Below, piece by piece: positions 1 through 13,586 of a stretch of DNA of 64,000 bases. The stretch is from Azolla caroliniana (taxonomy: Eukaryota > Plantae > Polypodiophyta). The position numbers were made by a program, and so were the translations under genes. The notes below the pieces were generated by a model. The model ran no database searches and had not been told where the DNA came from. It saw only the letters and a list, made by a program, of their open reading frames with translations. Location of the stretch: NCBI GenBank assembly GCA_043228905.1, contig JBHGNT010000005.1, positions 22,692,001 to 22,756,000 of the forward strand. Direction: 5' to 3'. Every line of letters starts with the position of its first letter. The first letter of the stretch is position 1.

Positions 1-1060
1 TTCAATAGCTATCATTTGAGCATGATTAGCTCGATGATACCTCCTTTTGATGGCTGTTCATAGTTCATTGGCTGTCTCGTCATCTTTATCTTGAAATTGA
101 ATAGCGATGCTTGGTTTAATATTAAACATGAGGAAAGCATGAGCACAAGAATCCTTATCTAGCCAAGCTTCAATCTCAGCGTTAGATGAGCCAGCAACTG
201 ATTTGGTTGAAGAGGATGAAGTTACTGGTGGTTTCTTGTCACTACCATTGACTACATTCCATAAACGATGGTATTGTAGCAAGGTCTTTATTTGTAGCTC
301 CCAATCCAAGTAATTGTTCCCATCCAAGATGGATTCTTTGGGGAGTTGGGGAATGGTTGATGAAACAATGGTGGCATGTGAGGCCATGGATATCCTCCTC
401 TTGAGCTACAGCTGGACAATTTACAGCAGTTGTAAGTAGATACTCAGGGTCTTTCTACTTCTCCCTAGATGCTAGGTGAGGCTCAGGTAAGGGGAAAAGA
501 AAACAGAAGAGCCTCCCCTGTAGGGTTGGGAGGGAGGGATAAAAGAAGATAGGTCTGTGTGCTCTTTGGCAAAAAAAATCAGGCTAAGGATATGGAGACC
601 TCACTGCTCTGATACCATGTGAGAAAAGCTGTTAATAGCAGCAGCGGAAGACTTAAAACTAAATAGACACAGCCAAGCTGTGAGAAGGCTGTTAGACAGC
701 AGTAGAAAAAATGGTTGCAAAGAGCAAAGACACAACCAAGGAATAGAGCTTGTTTTTAAGTAGCAACAAAGAAAATGAAAACTATACAAAAGAGGTTGGT
801 ATAGCCTATTTATACAAAATTGAGTTTAGTTAAGTGACTCTTGTACTACCAAACAGGTACAAAAAACTAGGAATAAAAGGGAATATCTTGGAAAAGGTAG
901 AAGAGAGAAAAGGCATTTAAAGCATTGCAGACTCTAGAGAGAGAAGGCATTTAAAGAGTTGCAGATTCTAGAGAGAGAAGAATCTGAGAAAAGAGAGAAT
1001 GTAGTACAGAGATAATAAATATGAAAGAGAGTGCAGGTCTAGAGCTGCCACCCTCCAACA
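1..1060 (-). mobile_element. 5' end of a Ty1/copia LTR retrotransposon (5' LTR 618-1060, PBS 606-617, gag start at 387), continuing out of the window
   Basis: The minus strand reads TGTTGG...CTCACA immediately followed by TGGTATCAGAGC (tRNA-iMet PBS). ORF 58-387 has the copia Gag N-terminal pattern LDGNNYLDWELQIKTLL..LWNVVNG and stops early at 58. Confidence 0.85.
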
Positions 1061-1099
1061 AAGTGCTCTAAGTATTATTACTAAAACGGCCATAACTTT

Positions 1100-1500
1100 C
1101 CACACATCCTCACAGACCAATCAAAAAGTTCAGTTCATCCTAGCAAGTCAGCAGTTGAAGCCGTGGATTCCCGTGTCTATTTAAGAGTATCATTTACAAG
1201 CACCATAGGGTGCCAAAGATTGCCTCATTCAAGGCTATGCAGCTCTGGACATGCTATGATGACAATGCCACCAAGCACACTTCCAGGAACCTAATAACAA
1301 AATGTGGTTATTTGACAACATCATCATGCCCACCCTCCTGTACACTGCAAATATATGGGCTCCAACACTCCTTGCCCTCACGTGGACACAGATAAAGCTT
1401 CGACTAGTCACAATCCCAAAGATGTTATGTGTCACACATGATAAAGTGATTCTAATAGCCTCTACATTGAGCACCCGCAACTAACCATCCAAAACAATGA
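1100..1500 (+). mobile_element. Degenerate non-LTR retrotransposon (LINE, RTE-like) RT C-terminal fragment
   Basis: Broken frames give VEAVDSRVYLRVSFTS and QCHQAHFQEPNNKMWLFDNIIMPTLLYTANIWAP, resembling LINE RT thumb and post-RT motifs (YxYLG; LFxxxxxPxLLYxxxxW). Confidence 0.5.
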
Positions 1501-2424
1501 GTGGAACAAGGTAATACAGAAGAACTTAAGGTAACTTGGATTACATAAAGTGAGCTTCTTCCCACAAATAGGCTGCTACAAAAATCATTCCATGACCCTC
1601 TCAAACGATGGATTCATTCAAAGACCAAGGGACATTGACACCTAATGCCCCATAGCGATCATAGAGCAACAAGACAACTTGAAGTTTCCCCTCACCAGCA
1701 GATAGAAGAGAGGTGATCACATTGCATACCTAGAGCTGATAGAATTTGCATGTCACGTGAAGGGGGGGGGGGGGGGGGGGGGGGGAAGAGAGATATAGAG
1801 ACTGTGTACAGGTGCCCAGCTTACAAGCAAATAGAATGAAATATGCTACTCTTTCCAGAGCTCACAGCCATTCAGCAGATGATGGAGAATCGTGTCCGTT
1901 TGGCCAGGTTTTTCTTGAGTTCCAGAAACATAGGGGATCAAGCCTTACAGCATATTGGATGCAGCAGCAATCACACATCACTAACTTCCTCTATAGGCCT
2001 GCATCAACACAGATAATGTGGCAAGGAGTCACCATTGAAATACCGAGGTCATCAGAGACCATGAGTACAGGGATCCAAGGGACATCATTGATTCCCATGT
2101 CTGATCCACACAGAAGAACCTCATTATAGCTTGCTCCAAAGCAGACACCAACATTGGATGCAATGTCCCCTCACCACCACTCATCCCGTACATAGAAGTT
2201 GTGCATTTCTTGCTCGTGAAACCATCACAAAAAACTTTACCAATTGTAAAGCCACGTCGTCATTAAGATCATTCTCATGTATCTTTAACAAACCAAGACC
2301 TTTTGTTTTTTGTTCCAGCACAGATAACTTGAATACCCGTATTAGTAATCAGGATCTCTCTCTCACGATATTTGGTAAATCCCTGAAAAAGAAAGACAGA
2401 GAGAGAGAGAGGAACGGGACACAC

Positions 2425-2499
2425 CTTTGAGCTAGGACTCTCTGATTCATATCCATCTGATCCATATCTAAACGCTTCACGGCTGCTTGTGATCCCCAT
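2425..2499 (-). CDS. Putative first coding exon (MGITSSREAFRYGSDGYESESPSSK) of an unidentified minus-strand gene
   Basis: ATG at 2499 and 25 codons ending at AAG|GTGTGT, a donor-like site. A CT/TTC-rich 5'UTR-like leader lies at about 2500-2870. No downstream exon was identified. Confidence 0.35.
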
Positions 2500-3105
2500 T
2501 TTTCGGGTTTCCTGCTCTTCAGATCAAACGCCTTTCGACAAAAACATCAGATCTTACTTGTTTCCCAACGGCGAAGGAAGAAACTCTGCTTTCTGATCTG
2601 AAATCAGGACAAAATGGAAGCCAAAGAACGGAACGAACGGACGAAGACGAAGACGAAGTGGAGGAATAAGAGCATACGGAAATGCAAAGCTCTTTTACTC
2701 AGATATGAGAGAAAAAGAGGGGTGTGGTAAGGAAGGAGGGTCCGAGTAGTCAGGGAGAAGAGGAGGAGGGCCTGCGGCGGCGGAGGGAGGTTCTCGCGAC
2801 GCCATCGCCAAGGAGCAGGGGACGCAGGAAACACATGGAAGAAGAAGAAGAAGAAGAAGAAGAAAACGTTTTCCCTACATTCATTCTTGTGTATGTGTGT
2901 GTGTGTCTGGTTGTTAAGGAGCACAATATGGAAATTCCCCAAATGCCCCTCTCAATAATAATTTTTGAGCTAATCTCGAATTCTACCCCTACCTCTTACC
3001 AATAGAGAGCATTGCATATATTATACACACACACACACAATAGAGAGATCAATCCAAGCGTTCGGTGGCAACTGTATGTACAATCCCATGATCGAGTAGA
3101 TCAAC

Positions 3106-5183
3106 TGTCGTTGTAGTACCCAATTGTTGTCTTTATCGATTGACACAATGAGTCGAACGTCTTAATTCCTAAGTCATTCTGCAAAGAAGATTGCGGTTGG
3201 AGATGTGATGTTTACCGACTCGGATAATTGCTTACTCAGAACATTACATAAACAACGTTCACTCGGAACTTAATTAATAGGGCTATAACATAAGATCTTG
3301 ATCGATTGATAATTATGAATATAATTTGTGTAATAGAGAAAATGAATCAGAACATTTGAAACAACGAGTACTCTAACTACCAAAATTATATTAATAAACC
3401 AAAACATACCGATGTTGATACAATGCTATCGGCCCCTTTTTATAGGCAACCTGAGAGACTCTTCCAAGATAATACACTTGCCTGTTCGGCAAGAACCTAC
3501 AATTACACTAACTATTCTATTTTCTACTTGGCAAAAATATAATATCGACTACTATCTTTTCACACTCATCCGACTCCGACTACTCTATCGACCTTTACAC
3601 TTCGGGTAGCTGACCAACCAACACATGGCACACCCATGGAACAGTGCCTTGCACGGCTGAACCCCACACTCAATCTTGGTTGTCCTCCTCAGCATTGCTA
3701 GCTTCTAGCTCATCGTCATTCGGGTTGTTCTCCTTAGTTTCTTTCGCATCATCATCGTCATTTAGGATATTCGGTAGGGTAGGTTCTTCTTCTTCTTGAT
3801 CTGCAACATTGTTTGGAGCTTGCTGACTTTCTTCGTGCTATGATCTCTTTGTGCACATAGTCAACTCTACCTCCAATTTGACTCCTCTGTTTGCCTCGTT
3901 GATTCATACCATGTGACCAAATTCTTCCTCGATCAGTTCCGGTCGAATCGGCTCCGTTACTGTGTCCTCATTGTGCTCTTGTTCATTGTCCTACCGACGA
4001 CATTCCCTTTCGTAAGAGTCGAGCTTTAGTGCAAGTGTTATTTGTTGGTCATCATATTCCTCCAACAACTTCCGGATTTATGCCTTGTGTCGCATTGTGA
4101 ACTCACCGATGTGGGCGAGGCGATATTTCAAAGCGCTCATTTTCGTCTTTATATCTTCTTGCCAAGTTGTGTGGGAATCATTCTCCAACAGTATTTTTGC
4201 TTTGGCCACTATGAGTGCATTCCTCACCTGTTCATACTTCTCGATGAGTTGTTGGTACCGGTCATTCATCTCGTCTTAGTAGGCTTCAAACACAACTCAG
4301 TGTGTGTTTGATATATCTCTCCTTGTGTGGTAAGGGCAACTTGGAGTTCATAAATCATACATTATTTTTTGTTAAAATGCATCTTGAGATGCATAAGTTG
4401 GCTATTGAGGTGGTCGATTTCCTCCTCTGATTGAAATGTGCCCTAAAGTTTAACCTGGAACTCGTCCAACCGATATTGTGCCTGTCGGAGTCGATCCTTC
4501 ATGTTTTGCACTTTGGTCTCCGCTTCTTCTATTCTCTTATTGGCACGTTCAATTAACTTCTCCTTCTCATGTAGTTGATCCCATAACTGCCTGTCGGGTA
4601 CATGTGGGATCTTCGTTTCTTCGTTTTGAAGATGTTCCTCCGCCACCTTTAATGCCGATTCGATTTGTTGTAACCAAGATGTTAATTCTTCATTGGCTTT
4701 CTGCTGCTGACCATTCCACATGCATATGTTCGGACGTCGTTGTGGTATGCTTGCAGACTTCGACTATCTCCTTGGCCTCTCGAGTTGTCTTGACCAATTC
4801 TTGATGGGTTTCGACCAAAGCTGTATTCAAAGGAGGCATCTGAATTGCCATCCCTTTATTCCTAATGTCGCATTGTCAACCGATACATTGCAACTCTCGT
4901 TCCTCCTCCGACTCTAGTGCACCTAACATTGCACACTCTTGTGGTATTGTGCCAATTGATCCGAAGCAAACTGTAGGCGCTTAGCTAACCAGTCCACCAG
5001 CTCGTGTGATGTGCCAAAATGTAGTATGGCCGCAATTTCATGAGCCACTAGTGGTATGTCTGGTATCCCTAGGACCTCATTCGGGGATATCTCCAACGCT
5101 TTTCCCCGCTCCATAGTTCCTCTTGGAACATATTCAACTGGTTCGACAATCGTTGTTGGTCCGTCTTTCTGTTGTTGGTCACT

Positions 5184-5185
<2 letters not shown>
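3106..5185 (-). mobile_element. Probable LTR-retrotransposon remnant: decayed coiled-coil ORF (about 5180-3675) followed by an LTR-like segment (about 3623-3106)
   Basis: Minus-strand ORF pieces 4923-5180, 4443-4721 and 4078-4269 form one E/Q/K/L-rich frame broken by stops and frameshifts. They are followed by purine-rich GAGTGTGGGG and a TGTTGG...CGACA-bounded segment. No partner LTR or TSD was found. Confidence 0.4.

Positions 5186-5252
<67 letters not shown>
5186..5252. repeat. (CA)n microsatellite
   Basis: Perfect CA dinucleotide run of about 33 units. Confidence 0.95.
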
Positions 5253-5256
<4 letters not shown>

Positions 5257-5457
5257 GAGTAGCAGGAGAGGGTGCGGGTTTGTACATGAACTTGCGATGC
5301 ATGTGAAAGTGTGTCCCTCGGTTATTCTTTCGACTAACTTGGTTTCCATGGGATGGGGGGGGGTGTCCATTTTTTGCTTGTTTAAAAGCCTTTCTAGGCC
5401 AAACCCAAAACTGTAAATAATTGAAACAGAGAAGCTCAGCAATGTCTCTCTGTTGCC

Positions 5458-8400
5458 ATGGAGTGCGAAGCTCCTTCCTTCTTCGCTGCCATGGAAGGGG
5501 AGAAGAGCCAGAAAAAGGTGGAAGAGGAGGAGGGAGACGACGAAGACATGAAGCGATGCCTCCAGGGTTGTTTCCCTCGCAAATTGGTCCCCGAAAGATC
5601 TTCCTCCTCTGATCTTCCTCATCCCATTCCTTCTTCTCCTTCCTCGATCCGTCCACTCCCGTACCTTCACGTAGATTCTTATCTCTTTGGCCTCTCAGGA
5701 CAGGCTGAAGGTTTCGGTTTCCAGGCCATTGGTGGCCTCCATGGACAGATCTACCATGTCACCAGCTTAGCTGGTATGTCTCCTAACCTTAATGACTGTT
5801 ATGTGTAGAAATTCAGAGACATGAAAATGGAAATGACGATGACAATGACAATGGCAATGAAAATGACAATGCCAACGACAATGGCAATGAAGAAGAACCA
5901 GGAGGTAGGAAGAAAATTAAATCGTTTTTACATCCGAGGAAATTCTTGAAGGCTTAATTTGCTCATTCAAATCACGAAGCCAGTAGTAGAAGAATAAAGT
6001 AATTATTTTATGTCCAATGAAAACTTTGAAGACTAAATCTACTCCTTCAAATTTCAAAGAATTTGATGAACAAAGAAGGAAAGGATTCATTTTACATCCC
6101 ATAATGCCTTCAAGTCTAAACTTGCTCAATTAAATCATAGAAACAGAAAAGAAAATCACACTAATGACATGCTTACAGTAATTCCTTGGAGGTTAAATTT
6201 GTTCATTGAAATTGTGATGAGTTATCTCATCTTGCTAAATTTCAGAAAAGATCTATTGGGCAAATGCCAACTTTGCTCACTTACAGTACCTGGGTTTTTT
6301 GGTAAAGGCTGTGCTTTTTCCCATTAGGATCAGTATCGGATCAGCAATATGTCAGGTCTAATTGTGATGGCTGTATATAATATTTTCGATCCTAGCTGCA
6401 AAATAAACATCATTTTAGTTTTAAAAGCTTTGAATAGCAAACCCATGAATCATGTCCATGAGAACGAGTATCAGATGTGTAATTGGCTTTCTTACTACCT
6501 GCATTATGCAATAGCTAGTAGACATTGCCTTCCCTTATCATCTTTAAGCCAGAGGGTGCTTCAAGTCTTTTTATTGGTTTGATTTACTTGCACTAATATA
6601 GTTCAAGTTAACTTAAATACAAGGAAGAAAGGTATGAAGCTAAAACTCCTTGATCACTCAGACAAGGAAGACAACAAAATGAAAAAAACATGTAGACATC
6701 TTTATGGCTTATCACATATGCTAATTGATTGAAATAGATAGATAAAATTAACAAAAAATATAGTCTATTTTATAACTGTCTGACATCATCATGATCTGAG
6801 AATCTTTATCTCAGGAGGATGAAGAAGAGTTTACAATGTCTGTGTATCATGAATCATGTAAACATCTTTTTGGCTTATCACATATGCTAATTCATTGAAA
6901 TAGGTAGATACAATCAACAAAAAATATAGTTGATTTTATAACTGTGTGACATCATCATGATCTGAGACTCTTTATGTCAGGAGGATGAAGAAAAGTTTAA
7001 GATACACTCCTTACATTTGGATTGATTGTGATCACAATTTACTCTTTTCCCATTTGTAATTGTGTACAATCAGGGGAAAGATGGTGAAACCAAAATCTAA
7101 AAAGAATGAACCAGAAAAGAGAGCCAAAAGCAAAGGAAAATGAATAAATCTATAAAATCGGAAAAATTCAGCCATGGGAAAAAATCACAAACAAAATTAT
7201 TGATGCTGATAAACAGCTATTGTCCTTAATAAAATGGCTCAAAGCATCCATTTTATGCAACTTTGACTTACAGGTTGTGAAGTATTTGAATGAAGATAGG
7301 TATCAACCATACATTACCCTTCCTTATCACTTGCTGTATGCAATGTCTGAGTGGATATCTATTTATTTCACCACCTCTACGAATATTATGGCCATTTACA
7401 AGTTTCTTCATATAATATTCTTTCTCACTAGTTTTGTAATGAAAACTCAAATATCTCTACAAAGTTTACAGTTATTTTGAGTGCTAAAATTGATGTCCCA
7501 ATCATGTGTTTCATGCACTCATGTTAATGAGACATAGCAAGGCAATCAAATTATATTTATCCAATATTGCAGATGATGGTGATGGAAGCCTTCGAATGGC
7601 GTGCAAGTCCAAAAAGCCACTCTGGATTGTATTCGACGTGTCTGGTGTTATAATGCTTTCATCTGCCATCAAAGTTCAGTCTTTCAAAACCATTGATGGG
7701 CGAGGCCAAAGGGTAAAGTTGATGGGAAACGGTCTACAGCTGCGAGAATGTGAACATGTCATCATTTGTAATCTAGAATTTGAAGGCGGACGGGGTCATG
7801 ATGTGGATGGAATTCAATTGAAACCTAATTCCAAGCATGTATGGATTGATCGCTGCAGTCTATCTGATTATGATGATGGACTTATTGACATAACAAGACA
7901 ATGCACAGACATAACAGTTTCAAGGTGACCACGTTAACTATTGTTTTTCCCCCACTTTAATTCTGTTTTTTCTCTTGACAACAGGGATTTCAAATTTCTG
8001 CATTTAATGCCTCATATGGTACTAAGGTTATGCCTGTAGGATCTTTTGTCATTCACTTTGTTTTGGAGATGTAACATGCACCCATCATTTGATTGTCTGG
8101 AACCTGGGGCTTCTCTGTTATTCTGTTCATTTCAATAATTGCTAGTAACATTCTCAACAGATGACTACTGATAGATATTGTACATGTAAAGAACTTTGCT
8201 AATCATAAGCCCAAGTTCTGAGTTCTATGGTGAGTTTCTGTTGCCACATGCAATGTACGTGAATGCATATGAGTCAATTGTGGTGTGCACATATGCATGT
8301 GAATATCACTGACCTACAAATGAATAGTCATGTAGATGTTTGTGATGTTAAGAGGTTTTTACTATATGGAAATGCAATATTGTAGGATTATCCAGTGGCT

Positions 8401-9324
8401 GCATAGGAAAAGTTTTAGTAAGTTAAGAAATTGGAATGTTAATTCAGCTGTTGTTTTCTGAAGGTGTTACTTCTACAATCATGACAAGACTATGTTAATA
8501 GGAGCAGATCCATCTCATGTTGGTGATCGATGCATCAGGGTGACTATCCATCACTGTTTCTTTGATGGTACACGCCAACGCCATCCACGTGTACGGTTTG
8601 GAAAAGTGCATCTGTACAACAACTATACTCGAAATTGGGGTATTTACGCAGTATGCGCCAGTGTAGAAGCACAGGTAACTAGCTACCGTTGATGGTAACT
8701 CTTTGATAGGATTTCAAACATAGTTTCTGCTGATATTTTATGGGATTTGCATTGCTTGATTCCTCTGTGATGGAAAATTCTAACATCTTTTGTGCTGCTA
8801 CCCAATGGTATTTTACATTTCTTGATCCTACTCTTTGATGTGATCATAGACATATTTGACACTGATATTTTTCTTATGACATTGAATGCTTTTTGGGGCA
8901 GATTTTATCTCAATGCAATGTCTATGAGGCTGGCAAAAACAAGAAGGCTTTCGAGTACTATTTTGAAAAAGTAAGAATGCATTTGTTCATTTAAGCAACC
9001 TTTTTAAGAAAGAAGGCCTTTTGAGTCTGTCATGAAAACCTAATAATAATCTGGAAGCTTCTTATACTCATTGAAAGAATCGATCTCTCGATGCATTTTG
9101 CACAGGCAAGTGATAAGGAAGTGCAGGATTCAGGTAGTATTTGCTCGCAAGGTGACATTTTCTTGAATGGTGCCGTTGGAGTCGAAAGAAACCCCGAGAC
9201 AGTTTTCAGGGCTGAAGCACACTCCCTGAAAAGCACAATAATTTCGGCACACGATCTGGCACCAGCGGTACAAACAATAGTGGGATGGCAGAATGTTCCA
9301 AGGCCACCTCACCAGATTGCATGA
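5458..9324 (+). CDS. Pectate lyase-like protein (PL1, At3g55140/At3g09540-type); exons 5458-5773, 7573-7924, 8464-8674, 8902-8970, 9106-9324
   Basis: GT-AG introns join the frames to give AEGFG..AIGG..YHVTSLADDGDGSLR, KTIDGRG, DGIQLKP..VWIDRCSL..YDDGLIDI, HDKTMLIG, RVTIHH.FF..TRQRHPRVRFGKVHLYNN. The start ATG is uncertain (5458, 5491 or 5548). Confidence 0.95.
6689..7000. repeat. Tandem duplication, unit about 166 bp, in pectate lyase intron 1
   Basis: CATGTA(G/A)ACATC...CTTATCACATATGCTAATT...ATCATCATGATCTGAGA...GGATGAAGAA occurs at 6689 and again at 6855. Confidence 0.9.
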
Positions 9325-10386
9325 TTACAAGAAGTGTAAGAGCCATATTCCATTACATTTATGATCTAACTCAAATATTATATCAAAACAGACATAGTTT
9401 ATGGATAATTCAACATGTATGCACACACACATACATGTTGATTTATGCATAAAACATGTGTTTTAATATAACCCACAGGCTCACACACACACACACACAT
9501 ATTGGGAAAACCTAAGAAATTCACCTGAATTCTTTATTTCGTCAAATGCCCCTTTAGTTATTGTTATTTCTTGAAGTCAGTCAACCCCCATCTCAACCAA
9601 CTGTATGCTGTATTCGACATTATTTGGTCAATTCACCCACCCTTTTTTCTCTATAATGTGTGTTGTTTGGGCAATTATATGGTGAATTCACTGTCTTTCT
9701 ATCTTTGGGAGGATTAACCAGTGGCATTCGGGGAAATACTGAAAGCATTTTGCGAAATAAAGAAAGAAATAGGGGTATTTAGGGATTCTTTCATCACAAA
9801 CACCCACATGCATGTGTATGTGTCTGACACACATGTTTTGATTTTTAATCAGTTTAGCAACTTTGTTCTCTCAGAAGTTATGAAAAGTCAAAAAACTTGG
9901 ATTTTCATGAATATGAAGGATTGTAAGAGCATTAACCAATCTCCTTTTTAGGTAAAAAAATAAAAACATTTAAAAACTGGGTATTAAAAACATTTTGTAT
10001 TTTATTTGTTTCTTAATCTTGGTGAATTTGACGTGGCTCTAAAACTCGGAAGTGTCGCAACTTGATTATTATATAGGTATTTTGATGTTGGGGAAAGAGT
10101 GAAGATATTTTCTTTTCATTCATTCTTCTCAAATAAAGAGGTAACGCCTGTTTTCTCAAACAATATTAATAGAAAAGAAAAAAGTCATTGCTCAAAAATT
10201 GTTATGCAATATAGATGCACATAAGAAAAAGCAATGAAATATTAATAAGCGTGTTGGCCCTATACGTTAAAGAGATTGATTGGCATTGCTCGGTTGGGAG
10301 ATATGGTATAATCATTGTAATGTCTTGATGTGTGAGTTGTGACTTGCACTTCATGCTACATGTACAAACATCAATTCCATGTTTTC

Positions 10387-10617
10387 AATGTCGGGTTAGG
10401 AGGCATTTGTTAACCATTGCAGACTAATTTGACCGATTGATTGTAAACTACAAATTAATAGAAAATGGAATGCATGTTTCAACATTTTTACATGCACGAA
10501 TGTCAGTTCTCATCAACTTGGGGTTAGGGGGCATTTATTTCTTGCTATAGACTAATTTGACCTGATGAGAGTAATTGAATTACTAATAGGAGATAGAAGG
10601 CATGCTTCAAAATTTTC
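10387..10617. repeat. Diverged tandem duplication, about 125 bp
   Basis: GGGTTAGG.GGCATTT...AGACTAATTTGACC...GCATG.TTCAA.ATTTT is seen twice. Confidence 0.6.
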
Positions 10618-11399
10618 ACCCAAAGTAAAATCATTTGGGTTCATTCTCCACTATTGCATGGAATGAAGCGCATTGTATAATGCTTTATGCATCCAATTTT
10701 TACAGAACTCTGTGAGTGCATTTTACTGTGCCTATGATACATACATAATTGGGTATATTTTATGTTCTTCATCAAATTTTCAAAATCTTATTTAACTAAC
10801 ATTGGGGCTGTTATGAGAACCACATTGCTTTTTAAAAGGGAGTACTATTTGTTCTCATGCATTGTATGGTGGGCAGAATGACACTTTCAATGCTGTAAAG
10901 TCTTATGTGGGGGCAAAATTGTTTTGTGCATGAGCTTAAACTAAGAAATATATATATTTATAGTGGATGCGACATCAATATCGTTATTGGATATTCCAAT
11001 CCAGATACTTAAATGTTCCAAAGCACATTCCTCTTGTCATGTTGATCACGTAGCCTACTTGAGTCTAAACTACTATGTACAATAGCATAATATTTACATT
11101 ATGCTTTACCATGTAATGTCTACTTTGATGAAAGGGTCTAGGATAATATAAAAAGGTATGTGATGACAATGTAAGGAAATAAAAAGGGTCTAGCATATGC
11201 CATCAACAAGATACGAACCTTTCACATGCCACATGGCTTCATATTCTCCTTAGTTTTAATCATTATCATTTACACACACACACACCTAATTTCAATGGTA
11301 ACACCTATTTTTGTGACCACATGCCTTGCAATGCAATGTTGGCGTCAATTTTTTATAAAATAGGTCATGTGCAAGAGTGTCTCAGATGTATGTTCTCAT

Positions 11400-11557
11400 G
11401 AAAATTGTCAATGTTTGTGTCACGCTTTGGATGTGCCTTCAATTTGTTGCTCGAAAATTCTCAATGTTTGTGCCACGCTTTGGATGTGCCTTCAATTTGT
11501 TGCTTGAAAATTCTCAATGTTTGTGCCACGCTTTGGATGTGCCTTCAATTTGTTGCT
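11400..11557. repeat. 53-bp minisatellite, 3 copies
   Basis: The unit CAATGTTTGTGCCACGCTTTGGATGTGCCTTCAATTTGTTGC... starts at 11409, 11462 and 11515. Confidence 0.95.
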
Positions 11558-11799
11558 CTTATCATCGCGTGTTCTAATGCTCTGATTGACTATATAATTA
11601 ATAAAGATTTAGAATTGCCAACCAACTTTCCCTTTTCTTTTTCATGACATTTGATTTATAGAGGAGCTCTTGCAAAAGTCTTTCATTTCACCCTTCTATA
11701 GAAAGTGCAATATCTAGGAATAAGCCCACATCCTTCCATGACATTTTTTTTCATGTATACATTTTATTTCATGTTATGCAAAGATGTGGCCTCTTACAG

Positions 11800-12300
11800 A
11801 AATGTAGTAATTCGGTCTAAATGGTAGGTTCACAAGTTTAAGAAATAAAGAAGACTAATGGTAACTTCATAATGTACTCCTTCCCTTGGATGGGACACCA
11901 ATGAAAACAGTACATATGGAATGAAAACTCTTGTACATGAAAGAAATTGCTTACACCAACTATAGAAGAATTCATTAATCCAAGAATGCACATTCACTAT
12001 CCAATGTTGATTCATGTAATTAGCAGTTAATGTTAGCCAAAGTAGCATTGTCGATTGCCAATAGTGTACAACAATTGTTGTCATACAATAATTATTCTCA
12101 CACTCATATTAAAAGTAATACAAAAACTACCCTAGTTATGCATGTGTGGCCCTTGGGACACTAGAACGAAATTGCACACGTGTCCAACTTCAAGAGCCAC
12201 AAATAAAGTTGTTCCTTTTTTACGTCATTGTCATATCTGCACTTGTATATGGGACAAAATCTGGGATAAAAGACTTCATTATATTCGAAGACAAAACACA
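11800..12300 (-). pseudogene. Possible highly degraded hAT-like transposase fragment
   Basis: Minus-strand peptide HYWQSTMLLWLTLTANYMNQHW resembles the hAT D.W.S...Y.slTaHyid..W segment. There is no intact ORF. Confidence 0.25.
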
Positions 12301-13586
12301 AAAAATATAATTACAATGTTGCTCATCATATTGCTATGATGTATAATATGAGCAAAGCCTCAACACCCCTTGTGGCTAAAGCTATATTCTTGATAGTGAC
12401 TTTAATACCAAAATAGAGGAACCTTCCTTGTGATCTCACATCCTTGATGCAATTTGCACTCTCAAATGAGCACTTAGATTTGCAAGGTATAGACAAAGTA
12501 CCACCTTTAACTATGGCCCCAATTTAGGGGTTCATGCATAAGAAGTTCATAAGTTGTCATACTAAGGCTAAACATATAGAAGATACAAGGTAAGTGCCCA
12601 CAACTCCCCAAGGGTCACAACGATAACAAATTATCATTATGCGCTTTCTCCAACTAAGTTATTACCCTCTTCAAACTGATCCCAAACAAACAACCCACAC
12701 AAATATAATGCACATATGATTAAAAAACAACATCACGATCGAAAAACTTGAGGTAATAATGAGGTAAAACTCTTTAAGCATTTTGAGACGAGTTTGAGAT
12801 AAAGGTGGGTGGGGAAAACCGGAAGATGAGAACCCATTTCTCGTACTTTTAATAGTACCATAGCCTCTTAACACTCGAGGGATTCAAGTTGGTCTGTGGT
12901 TCCTAATGCAATAATGAGGATACGATGGTGACTCGGTGAGGTAAAAACTGTTTGAGCGCTGTGAAACGAATCAAGGGAAAGGCAGTGGGGAAGATTAGGG
13001 GAGACGAGAGCCCCATTTTCTCGTTACTTTCCAATGGTATTCTGGTACCCGAGAATGCGGATGTGGGCAGGGGGAGTTGTTGAGAGGAGGACATCACAGA
13101 AGAATGAGAATATACATACATAGTTGTATCTGTGTGTGTGTGTGTGTATTTGGCATATGGGTGTGGGTGTGGCCCCCCAAGGGCCACAACCATTCGATAG
13201 GTAGTGAGTTCCTTGCACCACCCAAACACAACAACAACAACAAAAAACATGAAGAAAAATGAAAGACATCATTAAACCGCCGCCAAATTTAGAGAAGGTC
13301 CTGCCAAATTTAGAGGCGGTTTTTTTAATTTAGTTTAGCGGTATTTACCGTGCCCCGCACTCCTCTCTCTCTCTCTCTTCAAGCAAACAATCACGCCCCC
13401 TTTTTCTTCTGTGTCTTCTTCTTCTTCATTTTCTTCTTCTTCTTCCATCCATCGCTCTCTCGCCCTCTCTCTCTCTGCGCCTCGCTCTCGCTATGGACTC
13501 TAATTCCTGCAGAAATAATCTCAATCACACCACGAATTCCCAATTCCTTCTTGCAGTCTCTGCGACCTCCACCGCCGGTTCTGGCC

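Noticed and set aside
1762-1785. Poly-G run as a functional G-quadruplex element (also poly-C at about 57297)
   Set aside because: These are simple homopolymers with no supporting context, and their length may be unreliable.
6689-7000. Tandem intronic C/D snoRNAs
   Set aside because: TGATGA and CTGA-like words occur, but not in a consistent C...D order with a terminal stem on the gene's sense strand.
11400-11557. CRISPR-like array
   Set aside because: The 53-bp units are head-to-tail with no unique spacers, in a eukaryotic context. It is a minisatellite.
13350-13586. N-terminal 79 aa of the 662-aa ORF and its 3' tail to 15338
   Set aside because: The ORF starts at GTG in a CT/TTC-rich 5' UTR, so ATG 13587 is more plausible. 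The last 27 codons read through the donor site at 15255.
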